This document shows, one piece after another, positions 7,477 through 14,574 of a stretch of DNA of 32,000 nucleotides. Location: positions 41,840-73,839 of the forward strand of contig JAGYJQ010000011.1 in assembly GCA_018401935.1 (NCBI GenBank). Reading direction: 5' to 3'. The DNA comes from Balneolaceae bacterium. Lineage in GTDB: Bacteria > Bacteroidota > Rhodothermia > Balneolales > Balneolaceae. How positions within the stretch are numbered: position 1 is the stretch's first letter; each line of letters starts with the position of its first letter. The notes beneath the pieces were generated by a model. It saw only the letters and a list, made by a program, of their open reading frames with translations, was not told the origin of the DNA and did no database searches. The position numbers and the translations under genes are program-made.

Positions 7477-9381
7477 TTAGGCTTCCGTTTTCATTTTTCG
7501 GCGAACCGCATAAAGAACGGCTTTTTGAGCGTCTTCAATATCTGCTTTTGAAGCATCTGAAGGGTTATCTACTTCTGACAAAATAAGTTGTTGTTCCCGT
7601 TTTGGGCGCACCTTCAATATCTTCTCACGTACAGCAGCGGGGGCTGTGCGGAGTGCAAGTATAAGAGTCTCTGTGGGGATTTCGTCCAAGGCTGATTGGA
7701 CAAATTCATTTTTGACTTTGGGTAAATCATCGAATCCGATAAAGAAGCGGCGAATTTTCTTAGCCAGTTCTAAATCTTGCTCTGCAATGGAGCGAACATA
7801 CGCATCCTGATCAGACAGTGGCATAGTCTCAATGGTGTTTAGAATAGATTCAATTCCATCAGCGGCCACATATTTCATATCTGAAACAGCGAGTGCTTTA
7901 TTTGAGAAATGGGAAGCCACTTTCTTGTACACAGAGATAGGGATACTGTTGATTTTACCCATTTTTAACAGGATAGAAATCCGTTTCTCATCATCCATTT
8001 TTTGTAGAATAACTCCGGCTCTTTCCCCGGCTATCTGCGCTAATAAAATAGAAACCATTTCATCCGACTCATCCTTCATTAAATGCAAGAGTTGCTGATC
8101 GGTTAATTGGTCCACAAAATCAAATAGGCTTGCACCTCCACCTTCCGCTTCGGTGGGCGCTTTATATTGGGTCAGACTCTTGCGGAAGCTTTCTACTTCA
8201 TCTATGCGCTCTTCCAAAGGAATACTTTCGGCATTGTCTAAGCCGTAGTTGAGCATCTCAAAGGTTGTGGCGTCCATGTGTGGTCGTAGAATTTGAATGA
8301 GTTTATCGTCCACACTCACAAAACTTCGTACAGCCTTAACTACCCCTTGCTCTTCGTCTTCTGTAATCCATTTACTCACCACATTGGCGACAATTTTTGG
8401 TTTACTAATGCAATTATTGGCAATGAAGGTCTTATTTTCTTCGAATCTGGCAAGTTCCTTGGCAGAAGGTCCTTTAGGTGCTTCGGGGTCTTTTTGCCCC
8501 CCTTGCATAGGCATATTAGGGATATTCATTCCCTCATAGCCAGGAGGATACATACCAGGTAAGGTTTCTTTTCTCTTGGGTTTGCGAAGTAGTGCAAAAA
8601 GTAAAGCGACTAAGAATAAAATTCCCAATCCCAAAATAACAAATAGAAGGTGTTGTGGGTTATTCCAATCTATGCCCAAAAACATCTTTTTTTCAGGTTC
8701 AGCAGTAACGGTCTGAATAACTGTGTCAGGAACAGCTGGTATAATTTCATTTTGAACTTCTTCCTCAGGCTCTTCTTCTACAATCGTTGTAGTATCAATC
8801 AATTGGGCTGGGCTGGGTGCAGTGGGCTTCTTAATATCTTGTTCAATGGCACGACTGTTTCGTGGAAATACTTTTTTACTTACGGATACAATATCACCCC
8901 GAAATTCATCCGCGTTAGCAATTAATGAGGCTGCTTCTTCTACGAAATCTACATCTTCGTCACTGTATGAGGTATCTACGAGTACCTTGATGTTCAGTCT
9001 AGTGAGTTGAAAACGTGCATCAAATCCAGAAGCCTTTAGGCTATCCTGCCCCGTAGGCCTATTCGATTGAAGATTGGGTGGGATAAAGGGTAGGCCTGGT
9101 AAGTTTTCAATCTTAATATCTTCCTGTGGTTGAACGACTTGATACCCTTTAGGAACTAAAATCCGCTCTAGTGTGGCCTTAACATCTACAATAAAAGTAC
9201 CCTCTCGGTAGTAATCTGAGAGCGCATTGTCTAAAACAACTTCGTAATATCGTTCGTATTTAGCCGCTTCTTCCTGCACATCTGCAGACGAATTCTGTCC
9301 CGGCACTGTTTGCCCGGTTACGATCATACTCTGAAGCGCAATAATGCCCGTAAGAGCAAGAATTTTAAGGTTTCCTGCCAT
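7477..9381 (-). CDS. Membrane-anchored FliF-like/FliG-like fusion protein (putative rotor)
   Basis: - Residues 1-24 are a hydrophobic signal peptide or TM1.
- Residues ~25-243 are periplasmic and end in QLTRLNIKVLVD...ADEFRGDIVSVSKKVF. This resembles the end of the FliF periplasmic ring region (RLSVAVVVD...RGDxLxVxxSPF).
- Residues 244-265 form a TM helix (nt 8587-8652) followed by RKPKRK, then a Pro/Gly/Met-rich linker.
- Residues ~305-634 are colinear by eye with full-length FliG. Examples are LFDFVDQLTDQQLLHLMKDE..VSILLAQI..ERAGVILQKMDDEKRISILLKMGKINSI and RRFFIGFDDLPKVKNEFVQSALDEIPTETLILALRTA..AVREKIL.
- The torque-helix-like C-terminus reads PKREQQLILSEVD...KADIEDAQKAVLYAVRR. Confidence 0.7.
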   Translation of the reverse strand: MAGNLKILALTGIIALQSMIVTGQTVPGQNSSADVQEEAAKYERYYEVVLDNALSDYYREGTFIVDVKATLERILVPKGYQVVQPQEDIKIENLPGLPFIPPNLQSNRPTGQDSLKASGFDARFQLTRLNIKVLVDTSYSDEDVDFVEEAASLIANADEFRGDIVSVSKKVFPRNSRAIEQDIKKPTAPSPAQLIDTTTIVEEEPEEEVQNEIIPAVPDTVIQTVTAEPEKKMFLGIDWNNPQHLLFVILGLGILFLVALLFALLRKPKRKETLPGMYPPGYEGMNIPNMPMQGGQKDPEAPKGPSAKELARFEENKTFIANNCISKPKIVANVVSKWITEDEEQGVVKAVRSFVSVDDKLIQILRPHMDATTFEMLNYGLDNAESIPLEERIDEVESFRKSLTQYKAPTEAEGGGASLFDFVDQLTDQQLLHLMKDESDEMVSILLAQIAGERAGVILQKMDDEKRISILLKMGKINSIPISVYKKVASHFSNKALAVSDMKYVAADGIESILNTIETMPLSDQDAYVRSIAEQDLELAKKIRRFFIGFDDLPKVKNEFVQSALDEIPTETLILALRTAPAAVREKILKVRPKREQQLILSEVDNPSDASKADIEDAQKAVLYAVRRKMKTEA

Positions 9382-9645
9382 GATTTAACCCCCGTAGAAG
9401 GTGTTTTATTTAAGCCTAAATGTAGATGATAATTACTACTTCGTTTAGTATGCGAAAATTTTTTGAGTTTTCCACATTTCTACTTAAAAATAAGTAGAAT
9501 AATAATCTAATGGTAATATTCTACAAAATAATTGGTAATTAGATATATAGGTAAGAATAAGTCTCTCATATTACCAGCCTCCATAAACTTATCCACAATG
9601 TGAACTACGTAAAAACACTTAGCTTGTACGTCTTGGTATTGGAGG
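9382..9645 (-). promoter_or_regulatory. AT-rich upstream region of the rotor-stator operon, carrying clustered short repeats and a palindrome
   Basis: - A 9-bp perfect inverted repeat ttctactta/taagtagaa lies at 9478-9486 and 9491-9499, with a 4-nt spacer.
- GTAGAA/TTCTAC recurs at 9394-9399, 9478-9483, 9494-9499 and 9519-9524.
- TGGTAAT occurs at 9511-9517 and 9533-9539 (22 bp apart), and inverted as ATTACCA at 9570-9576.
- I could not pin down a defined -35/-10 or -33/-7 promoter. Confidence 0.3.
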
Positions 9646-10077
9646 TCATCTAGAGGAAAAGGCCATTGCGTAAATTTTCATTTGTTTTACCATAGATGCC
9701 AAGCCATTAGCTCTAGTTGGAGAGAGATGTTCATTCATCCCAATCTCGGTGATGAAGGTAGGCTCTGTTTCAAGAATAGCGGTAGGAGTTTGCTGACTGT
9801 ACAGGCGTACCATCAATGCAACAAGTCCTTTAGTGATAGCAGCGTCACTATCTGCCTCGAAAATAATCTGCCCATTGGTGTATTCTGCATGTAGCCAAAC
9901 TTGACTTTGACAACCCTTAACTATATTGCTATCTATTTTTTTAGAGCTATCGAGAGGAGGGAGTTTCGAGCCAAGCTTAATAATATGCTTATACCGGTCA
10001 GTCCAATCCTCAAAAAGATTAAATTCTCGTACAATTCTATCTTGTGTGTCTTTAATACTTGCCTTGGGCTGCGACAT
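9646..10077 (-). CDS. sufE: SufE/CsdE-family cysteine desulfuration (sulfur acceptor) protein
   Basis: The conserved active-site motif KGCQSQVWL is present, and the 143-aa length is typical of SufE. Confidence 0.85.
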   Translation of the reverse strand: MSQPKASIKDTQDRIVREFNLFEDWTDRYKHIIKLGSKLPPLDSSKKIDSNIVKGCQSQVWLHAEYTNGQIIFEADSDAAITKGLVALMVRLYSQQTPTAILETEPTFITEIGMNEHLSPTRANGLASMVKQMKIYAMAFSSR

Positions 10078-10085
10078 ATCGACGC

Positions 10086-10964
10086 TTAAATTTCTTTTAA
10101 CTCTAACTTACCGACTGACTTTACAGTTGAAATTTTAGTACTTGTATCGTCTTTTACGGGACTGAATGACTGATAAATTGTTTGGTATTCCTCAGAGCCG
10201 GGAACTTTATACCGAAATAACTCGGAGACTGTTTTCCCTTCAAACGCACTGCTTAGCGCTTGGTTTACCCTAGTAAAATCATCCGGATGTATAACACTAT
10301 CCAATCCTTTTTCAAAAATATCATCTGAGCTGAATCCAGTAACTTCCTCAAAGGCTTCATTGATATATTTGCAATTAAACCCTGATTCATCCTTTGAAAA
10401 CTTGAGAATAAATTCTTCTCGTTGTTTTAGTAACGAACCAAAATCGGTATTGAAAATTGCCTTTGCTGTTTCTTTTTTCTCTGTAACATCCCGTTGATAA
10501 GACACCCAATGAGTAACCTCTCCCAGAGTATTCATAAGAGGATGAATATCCCACTGATTAATGAACTCTGAGCCGTCTTTACGATAGTTAATAGTGTGAC
10601 CAAAGAATGCCTGACCTTCTATCAATCGTCTTTTGAGCCGTTCCAAAATAGCTCGGTCAGTTTTTGGTCCTTGAAGTATTCGCGGTGTCTTACCTAATAC
10701 ATCTTGTTTTGTATACCCAGTCATTCTTGTAAAACCGTCATTTACGTATACAATTCTTGGCCCAGGCTTCTCCAGACTTAATTCGGTGATAATGATAGAA
10801 TCATAATCATTCCGAATCGCACTTTCGAGCAGATCCAACTGATGTTTTAGTATAGCAATTTGATCAGCTTGGGACTGAAAGGCATCCTCTAGCCTTGCTT
10901 GAGCTTCGGCGTCTTTGGCAAAATTCTTGATGTCGTCTAATTCAAATGGTTTATTGTGCTTCAT
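10086..10964 (-). CDS. Stand-alone sensor protein: N-terminal coiled coil, a LOV-like PAS domain lacking the photoactive Cys, and a second PAS domain
   Basis: The first PAS reads IVYVNDGFTRMTGYTKQDVLGKTPRILQGPKTD...INYRKDGSEFINQWDIHPL...VSYQRDVT. It is colinear with the LOV consensus (GRNCRFLQG...NYRKDG..FWN...Q.DVT) but has TPRILQG, with the Pro codon at 10683-10685. A second PAS lies at residues ~175-285. There is no output domain. Confidence 0.8.
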   Translation of the reverse strand: MKHNKPFELDDIKNFAKDAEAQARLEDAFQSQADQIAILKHQLDLLESAIRNDYDSIIITELSLEKPGPRIVYVNDGFTRMTGYTKQDVLGKTPRILQGPKTDRAILERLKRRLIEGQAFFGHTINYRKDGSEFINQWDIHPLMNTLGEVTHWVSYQRDVTEKKETAKAIFNTDFGSLLKQREEFILKFSKDESGFNCKYINEAFEEVTGFSSDDIFEKGLDSVIHPDDFTRVNQALSSAFEGKTVSELFRYKVPGSEEYQTIYQSFSPVKDDTSTKISTVKSVGKLELKEI

Positions 10965-11100
10965 AGGGCCATTTTAGTCTTGATGGAGTTCTTACACTAC
11001 TAGTCAGCACTTTAACGACGAATAGTGATTAATCATTCCACAACTTCATACAATTAATGGGTGGACTAATATGAGCTTTTCCACGTACAATTGCAGGATA

Positions 11101-11127
11101 AAAAAAGGGGGACTATTGCCCCCCTTT
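11101..11127 (-). terminator. Rho-independent terminator (minus strand)
   Basis: The arms 11104-11111 (aaaggggg) and 11120-11127 (cccccttt) pair around an 8-nt loop. On the minus strand this gives a G/C hairpin followed by TTTTTTTA. Confidence 0.6.
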
Positions 11128-11419
11128 CCTCACTCACTCATCGAAGTAGCAGCTTCGCTATAGCTTAGCTGCACGCTCTTTAAACTGTATTTTAATCTAC
11201 TTGTTGATATGAACTCATTGAGCTCATTCTATCGCCCATATACCGTGATTTTAGATGCACACTAATTTGATCATAGTGGTTAATCGCATAACTTTCGTTG
11301 AGTTAAATATAATACTGTAAGCGCTTTTTTGCTAGTATTAAGTATGTTTTTAGGTAATTTTTTTTTCTGGCCATCAAAAGCTTTTCTAAATAGGCTAAAA
11401 CCTTAAAATGAACGGTTTA

Positions 11420-12430
11420 TTACCTATTAAATAGAGAGCGTGTGAATTCTTGAGCTGCTTCTACTACACTTTTTTTACCGGATTGTATCTCGTTTATGAG
11501 CGTGTTTCGGATAGAGGTAGTGTGCTTTGCTGTATGTAAATATTGAAGCCAGTAGAACTCACTTAATTTTTGGAACCAGTGCTTTTGTTGTAGTTTTCTT
11601 TTGTGCACTAAGAATCCTTCTGTTGCAGCTTGTTCTAGAAATTTACATACGGCTTCCCAGCTTTCAGCGATTCCTATCTCTTCGATGGCACTCATCCCTA
11701 AGGTGGGTACTTGATAGTTCTTAAGGGAATGATTAATAAGTTGAGAAGTAGATCGTAACGATTGTAGGGTTTGTTGAGCCAAAGATTCTGTCACTCCGTC
11801 CATTTTATTCACCAACAAGACATCTGCAAATTCTAATACTCCCCGTTTAATCCCTTGTAATTCATCCCCACTGCCGGGTTGGTTGAGCAGAACAAAACAA
11901 TCGACCATATCCGCTACAGCACCCTCATTTTGTCCTACGCCGACGGTTTCTATCAGAATGACGGAATAACCAGCTAATTCACACAAGCTCATGATGGATT
12001 GAGTAGCGTGGGTGACTCCACCAAGCACTTGCTGAGAGGGTGAAGGGCGTATAAAGGCATTTGGTTGGATACTTAATTTCTCCATTCTGGTTTTATCACC
12101 GAGAATTGAACCGCCAGATAGTCGGCTACTAGGATCAACGGCTAACACACACACTCGGTGTCCTAGCGATAGTAAATGCATCCCCAAAGATTCTATGTAG
12201 CTACTTTTCCCTACCCCTGGAGGTCCGGATATTCCTATTCTTATCACTGGTGTACGATCGGCTACGCTGAGTCGTGCCAAGGCTTTTTTAAGTAGGTTCC
12301 CGGCTCGATTTTGATCCTCTATCCGGGTGCTTTCTAGCAGTGTAATGGCGCGAGAAAGGCTTCTAATTTGCCCATCTTCAATGGAACTTATCCACTCCGA
12401 AATAGAGCTATGATCACTGGATTCCTTCAT
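11420..12430 (-). CDS. meaB: Methylmalonyl-CoA mutase-associated GTPase (MeaB/ArgK G3E family)
   Basis: It has the P-loop GISGPPGVGKSS and G3E-family motifs (VGVGQ, NKMD). It lies 3 nt downstream of the mutase gene. Confidence 0.9.
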   Translation of the reverse strand: MKESSDHSSISEWISSIEDGQIRSLSRAITLLESTRIEDQNRAGNLLKKALARLSVADRTPVIRIGISGPPGVGKSSYIESLGMHLLSLGHRVCVLAVDPSSRLSGGSILGDKTRMEKLSIQPNAFIRPSPSQQVLGGVTHATQSIMSLCELAGYSVILIETVGVGQNEGAVADMVDCFVLLNQPGSGDELQGIKRGVLEFADVLLVNKMDGVTESLAQQTLQSLRSTSQLINHSLKNYQVPTLGMSAIEEIGIAESWEAVCKFLEQAATEGFLVHKRKLQQKHWFQKLSEFYWLQYLHTAKHTTSIRNTLINEIQSGKKSVVEAAQEFTRSLFNR

Positions 12431-12433
12431 AGA

Positions 12434-14515
12434 TTAGCTCGAAGCTATTTTGTCTTCTAACGCTCCAAGTATAGATGCTGCCGCTTCGGTTATGGGTGTT
12501 CCTGGACCAAAAATTGCAGTTACTCCGTCTGCTTTCAACTGAGCATAATCCTGTTCCGGTATCACACCGCCTGCCACGATGATCATGTCTTCGACCCCCT
12601 GCTTGGTAAGCCCCTCGAGTAGTGCTGGTATTAAAGCTTTATGGCCACCGGCTAGGCTAGATATTCCCACAATATGCACATCATTTTCGATGGCCTGTTT
12701 GACCACCTCGTCCGGTGTGGAGAACAGGCTTCCCATATCCACGTCAAAACCTAAATCGGCAAAAGCGGTGGCAATGACTTTGGCCCCTCGATCATGACCG
12801 TCTTGTCCCATTTTAACAATGAGTATGCGAGGTTGGCGTCCTAGTGCCTTTGCTAATTTTCGTACCTGTTCTTTTAATTGTTCAAAAACCGGATCTTGTT
12901 CATACACTTTGCTATATACTCCTTTTATAGTAGAATGACGAGCGCTATGACGCCCCCAAACGCGTTCAAGAGCCTCAGAAATTTCACCGATGGTGGCTCG
13001 AGCCCGAGCGGCTTCAATAGCTACGGATAAAATATTTACCTCCGTTGATGTAGCCGCTTTTTCTAGAGCGATCAAACGGTTTTCCACTAGCTCATTATCC
13101 CTATTCTGTTTAAGAAGAGCAAGTTGTCTTTCTTGAGACTGGCGTACCTTTGAATGATCGATATCACGAACATCTATGGGGCCTTGAATAGGGCTCTTGT
13201 ATTTGTTTACCCCCACAATAGTTTCAATTCCTTTGTCTATTCGAGCTTGGCGCACGGCGGCAGAGGCCTCAATTTTCTTTTGTGGAAAGCCCTTTTCGAT
13301 AGCCTGTGTCATTCCCCCCAAGGCCCTGATTTCGACAATAAGCTCTTTGGCTTTGGTGTACAAATCATGGGTAAGTGATTCCATGGCATAGGATCCAGCA
13401 AAAGGGTCAATGATGTGTGTTAGATCGGTTTCCTCCTGTAAAATAAGCTGCGTATTACGCGCAATCCGCGCCGCTGTTTCTGTGGGAAGGGAAAGCGCTT
13501 CGTCGTAACTATTGGTATGAAGGGATTGGGTTCCCCCTAAAATAGCAGCGATAGCTTCGACCGTAGTTCGTACGATATTATTTAAGGGATCTTGAGCCGT
13601 CAATGACCAACCAGATGTCTGACAATGCGTGCGTAATAGGGTGGACTTGGGGTTTTTGGGTTCAAATAGCTCCTGCATAAGTTCCGCCCACAACTCTCGC
13701 GCAGCGCGTAGTTTTGCAATTTCTGTAAGCATATTCATTCCAATACCAAAAAAGAAGGAAAGCCGAGGAGCAAACTCGTCTACATCAAGACCTCGATCGA
13801 CGGCCGTTCCAACATATTCTAGACCATTTGCAATAGTGAAAGCCAATTCCAGTACTTCATTTGCACCTGCTTCTTGCATATGGTAGCCAGAAATAGAGAT
13901 TGAATTGAATTTAGGCATATACAGGCGTGTATAGTCAATAATATCGGAGACTAAACGCATAGACGGGGTAGGGGGATAGATATAGGTATTGCGAACCATG
14001 AATTCTTTCAAAATATCATTTTGAATCGTTCCACTAAGATACTCTTGGGAAACCCCTTGCTCTTCAGCTGCTACTATATACGCCGCCATAATGGGAATAA
14101 CGGCTCCGTTCATCGTCATAGAAACCGACATTTTATCTAGTGGAATCCCATTGAAGAGCTTCTTCATGTCTTCTACTGAATCAATAGCCACTCCAGCCTT
14201 TCCTACATCACCCACCACTCTAGGATGATCAGAATCATAGCCTCTATGTGTGGCTAAATCAAAGGCAACGCTCAGGCCTTTTTGCCCATTCTCAAGAGCA
14301 TTACGATAAAAAGCATTGGACTCCTCAGCCGTTGAAAAGCCAGCATACTGCCGAATAGTCCATGGCCTACCGGTATACATACTACTATAGGGCCCCATAC
14401 GATAGGGGAATTCACCTGGGCGCTGTGGTTTAATACCTCTTCTACTGAGGTCATCAGGCGTATATAAAGGCTTTTTTTGAATCTGTTCGGCGTCTTGGGA
14501 CGGAAATTCACTCAT
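12434..14515 (-). CDS. scpA: Methylmalonyl-CoA mutase, single-chain form (catalytic TIM barrel plus C-terminal B12-binding domain)
   Basis: Strongly conserved MCM blocks are present: [39 protein letters not shown] and [12 protein letters not shown]. The C-terminal DxHxxG-type cobalamin domain reads [11 protein letters not shown]. Confidence 0.92.
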   Translation of the reverse strand: MSEFPSQDAEQIQKKPLYTPDDLSRRGIKPQRPGEFPYRMGPYSSMYTGRPWTIRQYAGFSTAEESNAFYRNALENGQKGLSVAFDLATHRGYDSDHPRVVGDVGKAGVAIDSVEDMKKLFNGIPLDKMSVSMTMNGAVIPIMAAYIVAAEEQGVSQEYLSGTIQNDILKEFMVRNTYIYPPTPSMRLVSDIIDYTRLYMPKFNSISISGYHMQEAGANEVLELAFTIANGLEYVGTAVDRGLDVDEFAPRLSFFFGIGMNMLTEIAKLRAARELWAELMQELFEPKNPKSTLLRTHCQTSGWSLTAQDPLNNIVRTTVEAIAAILGGTQSLHTNSYDEALSLPTETAARIARNTQLILQEETDLTHIIDPFAGSYAMESLTHDLYTKAKELIVEIRALGGMTQAIEKGFPQKKIEASAAVRQARIDKGIETIVGVNKYKSPIQGPIDVRDIDHSKVRQSQERQLALLKQNRDNELVENRLIALEKAATSTEVNILSVAIEAARARATIGEISEALERVWGRHSARHSTIKGVYSKVYEQDPVFEQLKEQVRKLAKALGRQPRILIVKMGQDGHDRGAKVIATAFADLGFDVDMGSLFSTPDEVVKQAIENDVHIVGISSLAGGHKALIPALLEGLTKQGVEDMIIVAGGVIPEQDYAQLKADGVTAIFGPGTPITEAAASILGALEDKIASS

Positions 14516-14574
14516 CGAATACGAATTAAGAGGTTTTGATGGGTAGAATACGCAATAAACTAAGAAGCAGCCTT

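Noticed and set aside
7832-9010. Several 60-91-aa plus-strand ORFs inside the FliG-like gene.
   Set aside because: They are antisense to a long ORF with coherent domain structure. They have no motifs and a hydrophobic, low-complexity composition, so they are spurious.
11376-11385. The perfect palindromes aaaagctttt (11376-11385) and aagcgctt (11319-11326) as terminators or operators.
   Set aside because: They are self-complementary with no loop, so they cannot form stable hairpins. Such short palindromes are expected by chance in AT-rich sequence.
14516-14574. A possible cobalamin riboswitch upstream of the B12-dependent mutase.
   Set aside because: Only 59 nt separate the mutase start from the smc stop. 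That is too short for a B12 riboswitch, and no B12-box-like sequence is visible.
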